Shown here: in pieces, positions 36,532-46,174 of the stretch
Layout of the letters: each line of letters starts with the position of its first letter
Numbering within the stretch: the first letter of the stretch is position 1
Virus record (IMG/VR): IMGVR_UViG_3300030108_006260
Span: 176,444-240,443 of that record
Length of the DNA: 64,000 nt
Strand: one strand, 5' to 3'
Notes under the pieces: generated by a model
What the model saw: the letters and a program-made list of their open reading frames with translations, nothing else
What the model was told of the DNA's origin: nothing
Database searches by the model: none
Made by a program: the position numbers and the translations under genes

Positions 36532-37129
36532 GGAAAATCCCTTTAAAAATCTATCATCTGACCAGAGAGAACTTATAGAGAAAGCCTACGAGTCGGGACA
36601 GTCTCCTGAGGAGATAGGTATAAAGTTCGAGCTGGACTTTGACGATGTACGGTTTTATTGTGAAAACTTCATCACACCTCCTAAATCTAGGTATGAGAGA
36701 CTGCAAGAGATTGTATCAGATCTAGAAAGCACGACAGAGCAGTGTAGGCATCGTATTGACAGCGGGAGCCAAGACTCTGCAATGATGATACAGTCATATC
36801 AGAGGCTTATGTCCGAGTACCGTGTTGCACTTGCGGAGTTGGATGAAGTTAAGACCCCCACTGATGTAGTTGAGGACATCGTAAAGAAAGTCCTGAACCC
36901 ATTTGTAATAGGAATAGCAAAGGTGTCCACAGAGGAGACTAAGAAGCTACAAGAGGAGCTGATTAAGCTAAACGTACCTAGTAGAGATGCTAAGGGTATG
37001 TCTGAAGAGATTTTTCGTAGGCTAATGGCCAACGTAAAAACAAACTTGGTAGATGCTGAACGTGCATTGAATGGGTACTATGGAATAAAGTCGAAGAAGA
37101 ATGACGACATCATGGGAGGCATACGATGA
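36524..37129 (+). CDS. Putative terminase small subunit
   Basis: N-terminal HTH (GQSPEEIGIKFEL) then coiled coil; upstream of the large terminase. Confidence 0.45.
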   Translation: MTRENPFKNLSSDQRELIEKAYESGQSPEEIGIKFELDFDDVRFYCENFITPPKSRYERLQEIVSDLESTTEQCRHRIDSGSQDSAMMIQSYQRLMSEYRVALAELDEVKTPTDVVEDIVKKVLNPFVIGIAKVSTEETKKLQEELIKLNVPSRDAKGMSEEIFRRLMANVKTNLVDAERALNGYYGIKSKKNDDIMGGIR

Positions 37130-37428
37130 ATCCTCAGATAAAAGCTAGACTTGCCCATGTTGCTTCTAATGTCCGGTTACTAGAAAAATTTTCTAAAATT
37201 TTACTAGCAGAGATCAGTACGTCTGATGAAGTACTGAGAGATCTTGGAGTAGTCGAGGACACCGAGAACGAAGAAGATGAGTGCGACATGTCCCTGGATC
37301 CTATGGATTGTGGCATGGACGATGGATCTGTCCCTGCGGGCCCCAGGAACGAGCCAAACAAATCCATTTACCAGGTGTCCACAGGACATGGACAGTCTAC
37401 AGTAGATATGTTCACTTCTGTTGCCTGA
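37126..37428 (+). CDS. Hypothetical protein
   Basis: 100-aa ORF with IKARLAHVAS leader. Confidence 0.55.
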   Translation: MNPQIKARLAHVASNVRLLEKFSKILLAEISTSDEVLRDLGVVEDTENEEDECDMSLDPMDCGMDDGSVPAGPRNEPNKSIYQVSTGHGQSTVDMFTSVA

Positions 37429-37455
37429 GACCTGTTGTCTTATTAGAGGATAATT

Positions 37456-40400
37456 ATGCTTGACTTTGAATCGTCATCTTTTGACGAAGAGAACAGCCAT
37501 CTATTAGACTTAGATAGGCTTATCGAACAGGTAATAGAATCTGGACTAGATCCTAGTGTATTCGACCACGCCATTGACATTGAATACGCTAAAAACGTAA
37601 TAGACTTTGCACTTAATCCTGATTTCTTGGACACTGTTCTATGGGCTAAACAGGCCGAGCAAGCAGTAAGGCTATTTTCTGAGTATTGTCCCGAGTGTAC
37701 CGACATGGACTTCTTCAATGATGTCCCTGTTGATGCTGTTATGGGAACATTCAAGTCTAAGGTAGTATTACTTGAGAACGGTGTCTGCCCAGTATGTTCT
37801 AAAAACAAGAAGGAGCTGTTCAAAGAGCTTCCTTTTGAGCTGGTTTCTTGTTTGGGTCAGCGCGCAGGAAAGACTGCTCTTACCGGAGGAGTTCTTGCCC
37901 CTTATTACGTACACAAATTTCTACAAATACCTAACCCTGCGCGGCACTATGGTCTAATGAAAGGATCTTTCTTTCAGATGACCTTTGTTGCCGTTACAGC
38001 AGGACAGGCTTATGAGTCTGTGTGGATGGCGTTTAAGGGTGCTATCGCAAACAGCCCGTGGTTCCAGAAGTACATAGCCAGACTTCATGCAATAGAAAAA
38101 GAAAGAAACCTCGAAAAGGGAGACCTCGTAAAGGTCCTTGACACTGGCATCTTGTTTAAAAACAAGATGCTTTCTTGCAGCTTTGCCGCAGCAGATATGA
38201 AATCTCTTCGTGGTAGAACACGTGTATTCTGTGTAAGTGGAGATACTAGTATTGTAACAAATAGTGGTATCGTTCACGCGAGAGATATATCTTCATTAGA
38301 AGATCCCTTGTTCCTTACAAAAGATGGCGGGTACAAAAAAGTCACACGTTCTTTTGAAAGAGAAACTGATACATTACGCATAGTAAGTTCTTGTGGGTAT
38401 GAACTAACCGGGAGCACGGAACACCCTGTCCTAATCGCAAACCCTGACGCTACGTTACAGTACAAACCGCTCGGAGAATTGTCTGAGGGGGACGTTCTAG
38501 TTATATCGAGAGACCCCCAGCAGATGAGACCTGACGCAGACCCAGGACCACTTCCTGCTCCGCCTAAGAAAGGTCCACTGGGTCACAACAACAGGAAGTA
38601 CATACCTACTGATAAGATGACAGCAGACCTTGCGTACCTCCTTGGAATCCTGGCAGCAGAGGGGTACCTTACTAAAAAAGTGGTTAGGTGGCACACTTCC
38701 GATAAAGATATATTAGACAAGTCCTTAGCTTCTTTTGAGTCTGTTTTTGGTACCCTTCCTAAAGTTATACCGCATGATTCTCTTGAGGAAAACTGGTCCC
38801 CAGGTTGGTATATTGAGGCACAGAGCCCTATTGTATACAACTTCCTGAAGGGTATAGGGCTAAGTGGAAAGTCCCACGAGAAAACTGTTCCTTGGTCGAT
38901 ATTGAGGAGTAACAGTTCTTGTGTGAGGAGCTTCCTTGCTGGTTACCTAGACGGAGATGGCAACGTTGAGTTCGATTCTGAAGGAAAAGCCAAGGCTGTT
39001 ACGGTTCATAGTAAGAGCGAGGACCTTCTTCGAGAAGTTCAGCTACTTCTTCTTTCTCTAGGTATCGTATCCCATAGGTCAAAATACACTAGGGAGATAA
39101 AAGGCAAAGAAGGAACATACTACAAACTACAGATGTTCGGTAAAAATGTAGGACTTTTTAGTCAGAAGGTCGAGTTGATACCAAGAAAAAGAGGAAGTTC
39201 CACTCCATCTGAGTACATAGACACTGACCGTGTTTACCTAGACCTAGGTGAATTACACACAATGTCAGAAGAAACCAACTTTGCACTATACTACAAGAGA
39301 AACTATCAAAACTCTGTCTATGCTTCGACTATAAAAAAGAAATTTTCTGTTCTTCAGGATAGTCACCCTGATGTGGCAGGTAGATTGTCTGAGTTCTTTG
39401 AGCAGAACCTATTTTTCGATCCAGTAAAGTCGATAGAAGAAACAGGCATTCAGAAAGTGTACGACTGGACCGTAGAGGATGAGCATAATTTCATAGGAAA
39501 TGGAATAATACAGCATAACTGCGCAATTGACGAATTGGGCTGGTTCAACTCATCTGATATGAAAAGGGCAAATGCAGATGAAACCTACGCTGCTTTATCA
39601 AACTCACTGAGAACTATACGCTCTGCTTCAGACCGTCTGTGGGACCAGGGAAACTATAATACTCTCCCAGGATACATGGCCAACTTTTCCTCACCCAGCT
39701 CTCAGTATGATAAGATTATGAGGCTCCTAAAAGAAGGAGAGCGAGATAAGAGAAAGGTTTGCTTTCACATGGCGTCTTGGGAGGCGTCACCGCTAATTAC
39801 TAGAAAGAGTCTTTCTTCCGAAGAACTGAACGATCCAGTAAAGTTTTGGAGAGACTTTGGTGCCGTTCCTCCTCTTGCCAACAACCCGTTCATAGAATCG
39901 GAGAGTGCTATAAAGTCCACACAATCGGCTACTAAGCCTGTGATAAACTGGAGACCTAAATACGTACAGGACAAGGTCAATCCTGATATGAGGTACATTG
40001 CTGCGGAGCTGGTGGGTAACGTAAAAGACAGGCTAACGCCTCGTCTGATAGCAGTGGATGGCGGAGAGAGGCAGAACTCCTTCGCTATTGGAATATTCCG
40101 AATGGAACCAAAGCCCGATGGAGGATTCCAGATCATACAGGATGCCATTATCGAAGCAAAACCAGAGAAGATAGAAAGAACAAACGAGGTCATACCCGTT
40201 CACTTTCCTACCATGTTCGACCTTGTACTTAAGCTATCTGACAAATATAAGGGTCTGAACGTTTTAGCGGTTGTGTACGATAGGTGGCAGTCTACTGGAG
40301 AGGTTCAACGCCTCCGTGAGATGAAGGTTAAGGCAGAGAGATACTCTCCAAAAGAGTCAGATTTCAAGATACTTCGTAACATGGTATACAGCGGTGACTT

Positions 40401-40752
40401 CAAGACACCAAAATGGGAACACAAAGAACTTTCAGACCTGGACATCAGCAACGTAGCTGAGGTCCGTAAAGCACCCTATACACACCAAGCTATACAGTTT
40501 GCTACAGTAAGATCTGTCGGTAAGAAAATAGTCAAGCCTGAGGTTGGAGAAGATGACTTGTTCCGTGTATGTGTTCTTGGAGCACATTACCTCATAGACA
40601 ATCAAAAGGACTTTATCTCTAAGAACTTCGGTGCAAGTAAAGATAGGGGATCTATAGGTACTGTAGCTATGAAGACGAGCAACAGTACATATTTTGGGGC
40701 GCGGTCAAAGACTAACATTGGGTCGGTTAGAGGTAAGTACAAGAAGTTTTAG
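37456..40752 (+). CDS. terL: Terminase large subunit (intein-containing)
   Basis: Walker A GQRAGKT, LRGRT, Walker B AIDE after the intein, SSP, RNase H-like IAVDGG...YDRWQS...EDDL. Confidence 0.9.
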   Translation: MLDFESSSFDEENSHLLDLDRLIEQVIESGLDPSVFDHAIDIEYAKNVIDFALNPDFLDTVLWAKQAEQAVRLFSEYCPECTDMDFFNDVPVDAVMGTFKSKVVLLENGVCPVCSKNKKELFKELPFELVSCLGQRAGKTALTGGVLAPYYVHKFLQIPNPARHYGLMKGSFFQMTFVAVTAGQAYESVWMAFKGAIANSPWFQKYIARLHAIEKERNLEKGDLVKVLDTGILFKNKMLSCSFAAADMKSLRGRTRVFCVSGDTSIVTNSGIVHARDISSLEDPLFLTKDGGYKKVTRSFERETDTLRIVSSCGYELTGSTEHPVLIANPDATLQYKPLGELSEGDVLVISRDPQQMRPDADPGPLPAPPKKGPLGHNNRKYIPTDKMTADLAYLLGILAAEGYLTKKVVRWHTSDKDILDKSLASFESVFGTLPKVIPHDSLEENWSPGWYIEAQSPIVYNFLKGIGLSGKSHEKTVPWSILRSNSSCVRSFLAGYLDGDGNVEFDSEGKAKAVTVHSKSEDLLREVQLLLLSLGIVSHRSKYTREIKGKEGTYYKLQMFGKNVGLFSQKVELIPRKRGSSTPSEYIDTDRVYLDLGELHTMSEETNFALYYKRNYQNSVYASTIKKKFSVLQDSHPDVAGRLSEFFEQNLFFDPVKSIEETGIQKVYDWTVEDEHNFIGNGIIQHNCAIDELGWFNSSDMKRANADETYAALSNSLRTIRSASDRLWDQGNYNTLPGYMANFSSPSSQYDKIMRLLKEGERDKRKVCFHMASWEASPLITRKSLSSEELNDPVKFWRDFGAVPPLANNPFIESESAIKSTQSATKPVINWRPKYVQDKVNPDMRYIAAELVGNVKDRLTPRLIAVDGGERQNSFAIGIFRMEPKPDGGFQIIQDAIIEAKPEKIERTNEVIPVHFPTMFDLVLKLSDKYKGLNVLAVVYDRWQSTGEVQRLREMKVKAERYSPKESDFKILRNMVYSGDFKTPKWEHKELSDLDISNVAEVRKAPYTHQAIQFATVRSVGKKIVKPEVGEDDLFRVCVLGAHYLIDNQKDFISKNFGASKDRGSIGTVAMKTSNSTYFGARSKTNIGSVRGKYKKF
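38230..39519 (+). mobile_element. Intein with LAGLIDADG homing endonuclease in terL (430 aa)
   Basis: CVSGDT start, block B TEHPVL, LLGILAAEG and FLAGYLDGDG, ends IIQHN followed by Cys. Confidence 0.93.
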
Positions 40753-40822
40753 GACAAACAACAGGTAACTTCAAGGTTCCTTCGGTTATTTACGTCTGGA
40801 CCCTATACATCAGGAGCACAGT

Positions 40823-41179
40823 GTGGCTGGCAATATCGAAAAATTTATCAGGGATACTCATAAGCAGTACAACATTAAGTATGCCCTTACAGGTGAGAGA
40901 ATCCGTAAGATTAGGTATAAGCTAGCTGCGGCCGATATCGTAGATTCTGTACACCCTAACGACGAGAAATTGGCCCAGAACATAATCCTTGCGGATTACA
41001 ATAAGGCGTCTTCTACTATGCGTACTGCTTCCGCTACAGGGCACACTACACATGGTTTTTCTCAGAAAAACGCGGGAATGTGCCCCCGGTGTGGCCAGGG
41101 AATGGTATTCGCTAACCTTGCTTCTCAGTCTGAAGCAAGATACTGTCACAGCTGCCACGTCTGCGTACCTGTAAACTAA
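40823..41179 (+). CDS. Zinc-ribbon protein
   Basis: CPRCG...YCHSCHVC. Confidence 0.6.
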   Translation: MAGNIEKFIRDTHKQYNIKYALTGERIRKIRYKLAAADIVDSVHPNDEKLAQNIILADYNKASSTMRTASATGHTTHGFSQKNAGMCPRCGQGMVFANLASQSEARYCHSCHVCVPVN

Positions 41180-41183
41180 TAGT

Positions 41184-41552
41184 ATGCCTTCCTATAAAAT
41201 AGAAGCTGCTAGCTTAGAGCTGGTGGCTGGAGATCTACTTAAAGAGGGTCTTGTAGATGAGGCAGCTGAACTTCTTTCTCTTGCTTCTTCGTCAATGACG
41301 GAGAAGGATCAAGAGTTACAAATGAATGTGTTTGAAAGGGTCCTTTCTGACACCCCTGTTGATGTTTCTACTTTGTCTTTAGATCCTAAGACTAAGGTGA
41401 TGAAGTTTTCAGTAACAGGAATGGACGTATTATCTCTTCCTAAGTTTTTGGATAAATTAATGCGCCGTTTGTCTAACTACGGTACCACCGATTATACCCT
41501 GGAAGGTGTAGACCGTGGTAGGTCTCTTGTGGCAAGGATCAAGATTGGGTAG
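41184..41552 (+). CDS. Hypothetical protein (putative capsid-targeting leader)
   Basis: LELVAGDLLKEGLVDEAAELLSLA leader. Confidence 0.55.
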   Translation: MPSYKIEAASLELVAGDLLKEGLVDEAAELLSLASSSMTEKDQELQMNVFERVLSDTPVDVSTLSLDPKTKVMKFSVTGMDVLSLPKFLDKLMRRLSNYGTTDYTLEGVDRGRSLVARIKIG

Positions 41553-41606
41553 CTGCGAACGATGAGTTCATTCCTCCTCCTTATAAAAGACTCCTAACTG
41601 GTAACT

Positions 41607-44600
41607 ATGTCTAGCATTAAACTAAATTACAACAAAATGAAGATCGCATCCCTACGCAGGGCAGCTGTAGGGGGTAGTAGTTTTGGATTTGGTAATGGTG
41701 GAGGATCCGGTGGTAGTGGCGGGTTCTCAGGTCCCTTCAGTTATGGTGGAGGAGGCGGAGGAGGAAGGAACTCCCACAATAGGTACAACCCTGTATACGA
41801 TGACCTTTCCGAGGGCACTATTATCGAGCAGTTCATGCCGGTGGACCCTCGTCGCCTGCATAGGATTTGGAGAAGAATTTATCTTCAGGACCCTGTTGCC
41901 GGTCCTGCTGTAGAGCTGTACAAAGACCTTCCTTGGTCTGACTTTGAACTCCTTGGTATTGATGACCCTGCTGTAGCGCGTTTATACACTGACGCAATGA
42001 ACGCAATCAATATCAATGACCTTTTGCCTGAACTCTCAGCGGAGTTTCTGACAATGGGAAAGGTTATTGGTCATCTTACAATGAATGAATCCAAAGGTCA
42101 TTGGGATCGATGTATTATACATGATCCTGATTGGATTCGAGTAACTCCTATTCCTATTCCTGGATTCCAGCCTAAGCTAGACATTATTGCTACTCCTGAA
42201 ATGAGAGCATGGTCCCACTCTAAAGATCCTAGAGACCTGCAAGCTCAAGAAGAAGTCGAAGAGCTGGTGGAAATGATTCGTAGGGGGTTGGACATTCCTC
42301 TTCCTACAGAGCAGACGTTCTACATTCCTAGGAGAACCTCCCCCTATGATGTGATAGGTGCATCTGCCTATACACGAATCATCATGTTCGTTGCTTATGA
42401 GAAGGCCCTCGTAAATGCAACAATCGCGGCTTCTAGAAGAAGAGCATCTCGTATACGCCACATCACGGCTGGAATCGACGACGTTTGGGAGCCAAGTCCG
42501 GACGAGATTAACGACCTATCCAACTTGTTCATGCAAGCGGACGAGGACCCTGTTGGAGCTATTGTTGTGACCAGAACGGGTGTCAATGTGAACGAAGTGG
42601 GAGGTAGCTCTCCACAAGACATTCTTAAGATCTCGGATGAGTGGCAGTTCCTTCTACAAGGTAAACTTAATGCTCTTGGTGTTAGCGAGGCGTTTCTTAC
42701 GGGTGAGGCTTGCCTTGTCGGTGACAGTCTAGTTCCGACCTCTAAAGGTCTTGTTGAAATTGGTAGTTTCCGCAGCAGAGAAGACGGACAGTGGCAGGAC
42801 CTATCTGAAGAAGTAAGTTCTAGGTACGGTAGTGCCCCCACGTCTAAATGGCTATACAACGGATACAGAGAAACCTTCAAGTTAGAGACAAAGTCAGGGC
42901 ACACACTTCAGAGTACTCCTAATCATCCTGTTCTTGTATTTGATCAAGAATCGGGAGTAGCTGATTGGAAGAGGACAGACGAATTGTCTCTGGGAGATTT
43001 GCTCTGCGTTTCAACCGCTAAGATGGTCAGGACGGAGCCTCTCCCCCTCAATTTGAGTCTACCCTCTGTTCGAAGTGCTTCCTGCAAAGTTCCTTCTACA
43101 CCCTCTCACATGAATGCAGACCTAGCCTACTTGCTGGGGTGTGTTGTTGCTGAGGGATCTTCCACTAAACATATGGTTAGTGTGAGCAACTCTTCTCAAG
43201 ACATACTGTTTAGGTATGAAAGATGCTGGTCATCCGTGTTTGGAATGACAGGGTCCCAATACCCAGTTAGTAAGGCTGGCGATACAGGTGTTATTAACGG
43301 AGTATCTTTTACCGTAAATAACGACTGTTACGACTACAGGGTACATAGCATCATTGCTAGCCAGTGGCTAGAGGACTTGGGCGCAGCTAACGTAAAGTCT
43401 AAGGATAAGAGAATTCCTTGGTCTGTGCTTCAAGCGGATGAGGAATCCCAACTGGCGTTTCTTGGCGCTTATTTGGATTGCGATGGATCTATACACCACA
43501 ACAAGGGTCAGATATCATTCCACTCAAGCAGTAAGAAGCTTCTACGTGACCTACAGGCCTTACTAAACTCACATGGTTACGTTTGTAGGCGTACTAAAAA
43601 GTCTGTAGAGCTTACCCGGAGGGACAGTAAGGACCTTTGGGAAAGTCTGAAAAAATACGTGGTAACTAAGTCTTACCCATCTGATGAGTCCCTCGCTACC
43701 AAATCCAGAAACAGGTTTGGCGTACCTAACAACTTCGTCAAGAAAATAATTTCGGAAAGAAAAATCAAGCACAATCGTCATGGATCTTACTTCCTTAACG
43801 ACGAAGGCAAAGAGATTCTCGTTCCTAGTGTAAGAAGCCCATTGAACGACGAGAAAAAGTTCCTTTACGACAGGTATTCCTCTGGTAACTACGATGAATG
43901 GCTTGATAACCTCAAGAAAATAAGCCCAAGTACCCACAAAAAACTTATAGGTCTCCTAGACCTTAGGTATGACTTTACTCCCATTGTATCGCTTTCTACG
44001 GGAGGTAAGCAGCATGTATATGATATTTCTATGGAAGAAGGACACGAGCCTGCTTTTGTAGCAAACGCGCTTGTCGTCCACAACACTTACAATACCATGG
44101 AACAGCTCATGTCTGTCTTCTTGGAGAAGATCAAGGCGTTCCGTAACTTCTTTGTCAACCAGCTTTTGCTTGAGAAAATCATTAAGCCACTAGCTGTTAA
44201 GCACCACTTCGTCCACCGACGACAAGCGGACCTGGACCACAATGTACGCACTGGTGGAAGAAAAGATCCTGAGTACATCATACCCTCTATTGTATGGGAA
44301 AAAAGTCTCCGTCCTGTAGCTGACCGTGACTATCTAGAAATCCTAGATATGATGGAAAGCAAGGGGATTCCTATCACTCTTCGCACGTGGGCAAGTGCTG
44401 CTGGCTTCGACGTCGAGGCCGAGACTGAGCAGTTTGTAGACGACATACGTGTTCGTCGAAAGATGGCAGACCAAAAGAAAAAGATCGTAGAGCAGGCTCC
44501 AGAGGCAGCGGGTGGATCTGGTGGTGGCGATGGACTCGGTGGCGACATGGGAGGACTAGGCGGTATAGGTGATGACCTAGGCGGCCTCGGTGGAGATCTT

Positions 44601-45320
44601 GGCGGCCTCGGTGGCGATATGGGTGGCATGGGAGACCTTGGCGGTGACATGGGAGGCATGGGCGGAGGCGGAGGAGATGACCTCGGCGGCCTCGAACTAC
44701 CTCAGGTAGGAGCATCCTTTAAGGAAGCACAAGCAAAGAGGTATGCTCAGGATCAAGAGTTCCTCACTAAACTACGTGCCCTACCTTTTTGGGGAAATAA
44801 GAAAGAACTCCTAGGTGTAACCTACGATAGAGCAGAGCTTACGGTACGTAGGATTCTAGATCACATGGGGACGCGAGAGGCTTCTGTCCTATCCACCCGT
44901 GAAGAAAGAAACATCTTAGGTACTAAGAACAAGGTTAGTACTGGCGCACTAAAATTTATTCTTAGTAGAATAGGTCTAGTCAAGAATGGGAGCTTGAACA
45001 AAGACACCGCTATAAAGATCCAAGAAGAACTATCTGCTCGTCTTGGTAGTCATCCTGGTGTACTTGCTAATGAACTTAGGCAAGTAGCTGTGTGCTTAGC
45101 CATGGGTAAGCGAGCTACTATGGAAAGATCCGCAGAAGACTACGAGGAAGAGGCGAGGAAAGCCATCGTAGAGGCAGACCAACGCCGCAGGAATCTAAAT
45201 GTAAACTCTGACCTCGTAAACGCCACAATGAAGATGGCGGGAAGTGCAATAAAGGGCGAATCTAACGGAAATCGTTTATTAACCGGTTATGTAGAGGACA
45301 GTAGCCTACTAAAGGAATAA
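41607..45320 (+). CDS. Portal protein (intein-containing)
   Basis: IYLQDPVAGPAVELY...ALGVSEAFLTGE[intein]TYN portal signature; lies between terL and protease; Gly/Asp-rich tail. Confidence 0.8.
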   Translation: MSSIKLNYNKMKIASLRRAAVGGSSFGFGNGGGSGGSGGFSGPFSYGGGGGGGRNSHNRYNPVYDDLSEGTIIEQFMPVDPRRLHRIWRRIYLQDPVAGPAVELYKDLPWSDFELLGIDDPAVARLYTDAMNAININDLLPELSAEFLTMGKVIGHLTMNESKGHWDRCIIHDPDWIRVTPIPIPGFQPKLDIIATPEMRAWSHSKDPRDLQAQEEVEELVEMIRRGLDIPLPTEQTFYIPRRTSPYDVIGASAYTRIIMFVAYEKALVNATIAASRRRASRIRHITAGIDDVWEPSPDEINDLSNLFMQADEDPVGAIVVTRTGVNVNEVGGSSPQDILKISDEWQFLLQGKLNALGVSEAFLTGEACLVGDSLVPTSKGLVEIGSFRSREDGQWQDLSEEVSSRYGSAPTSKWLYNGYRETFKLETKSGHTLQSTPNHPVLVFDQESGVADWKRTDELSLGDLLCVSTAKMVRTEPLPLNLSLPSVRSASCKVPSTPSHMNADLAYLLGCVVAEGSSTKHMVSVSNSSQDILFRYERCWSSVFGMTGSQYPVSKAGDTGVINGVSFTVNNDCYDYRVHSIIASQWLEDLGAANVKSKDKRIPWSVLQADEESQLAFLGAYLDCDGSIHHNKGQISFHSSSKKLLRDLQALLNSHGYVCRRTKKSVELTRRDSKDLWESLKKYVVTKSYPSDESLATKSRNRFGVPNNFVKKIISERKIKHNRHGSYFLNDEGKEILVPSVRSPLNDEKKFLYDRYSSGNYDEWLDNLKKISPSTHKKLIGLLDLRYDFTPIVSLSTGGKQHVYDISMEEGHEPAFVANALVVHNTYNTMEQLMSVFLEKIKAFRNFFVNQLLLEKIIKPLAVKHHFVHRRQADLDHNVRTGGRKDPEYIIPSIVWEKSLRPVADRDYLEILDMMESKGIPITLRTWASAAGFDVEAETEQFVDDIRVRRKMADQKKKIVEQAPEAAGGSGGGDGLGGDMGGLGGIGDDLGGLGGDLGGLGGDMGGMGDLGGDMGGMGGGGGDDLGGLELPQVGASFKEAQAKRYAQDQEFLTKLRALPFWGNKKELLGVTYDRAELTVRRILDHMGTREASVLSTREERNILGTKNKVSTGALKFILSRIGLVKNGSLNKDTAIKIQEELSARLGSHPGVLANELRQVAVCLAMGKRATMERSAEDYEEEARKAIVEADQRRRNLNVNSDLVNATMKMAGSAIKGESNGNRLLTGYVEDSSLLKE
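42711..44084 (+). mobile_element. Intein with LAGLIDADG homing endonuclease in portal (458 aa)
   Basis: CLVGDS start, TPNHPVL, LLGCVVAEG and FLGAYLDCDG, ends VVHN followed by Thr. Confidence 0.93.
44511..44694 (+). repeat. Low-complexity GG(D/L/M) coding repeat in portal tail
   Basis: GGDMGGLGGIGDDLGGLGGDLGG... Confidence 0.75.
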
Positions 45321-45326
45321 AACGGA

Positions 45327-46065
45327 ATGTTCAAAACTGGTGAAAACATCGGATCTTCTCGTGTTTTTGAGGNNNNNNNNNNAGACTTGTCAACAAGGAA
45401 GAGACTACAGAGGAAACCTAAAGGTTGCCTCTGATAACTTTCTAACTTCTAGTCGTGAAATTGACGTAAGTTGGCTTCCTGCTGCGGCCGAGAAGTACCA
45501 GATTTCTGGTAACATCAACGACTACATCATCAATGAGATTCCTATTGTAACAGTAGGTGTTCCTAACAGGAACCTAGATGAGTTCCCTTATGAAGAGGTA
45601 ACCTCGTTCAACGAAGAGATTGGTCGGATGGTTTACCAGACCTTCATTGGTAAGCCAACTCACATCGATCACGATAATAGGGACCCACGTAAGGCAAAGG
45701 GAGTCCACTTTGATGCACAGTTACAGAAGGTAGGCAACGTCTGGAAGATTGTCGTTCTTGCTGGATGGGACAAGACAAAAGACCCTGAACTAGCTCGTGC
45801 AATTCTAAACAGAACACGTACTGGGTTTTCCATGGGTGCCCTCGTTGGATACACTCAGTGTTCCTACCCTGGATGTGACGCAACTAGTCCGAACGGAAAG
45901 ATTGCATGCCGTCACCAGGACTACGGACGTGGGAAGGGTCGTGTATTAGAGTCGCATCTAGTATATGAAAGATGTTACCGCATAAATTATATTGAAACCA
46001 GCTCAGTAGCAGATCCAGCAGACCATACTGCCCACGATAGGTGGGTAAAGCCCTGGAATACTTGA
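45327..46065 (+). CDS. Prohead (capsid maturation) protease; 5' part crosses an assembly gap
   Basis: PNRNLDEF...YQTFIGKPTHIDHDN...AKG...GFSMG...ETSSVADPAD. Likely start ATG 45327 (MFKTGENIG); the frame change coincides with the N run. Confidence 0.7.
45373..45382. other. Assembly gap (10 N)
   Basis: Run of N. Confidence 1.
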
Positions 46066-46139
46066 TATTTTAATCATTATTACCTATATGTTTGATACTT
46101 TAGCGCTTTTGATGTAGGATTTTTAGTCTACAAAAGTAG

Positions 46140-46168
46140 TTGACAGCTTATCATAGCGTGTTAAGTAT
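46140..46168 (+). promoter_or_regulatory. Sigma70-like promoter for endonuclease 1
   Basis: TTGACA, 16 bp spacer, weak -10 TAAGTA, 7 bp before ATG 46175. Confidence 0.4.
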
Positions 46169-46174
46169 CAAGCT

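Noticed and set aside
45340-45382. Apparent frameshift or pseudogene at the start of the protease
   Set aside because: Coincides with a 10-N assembly gap of uncertain length
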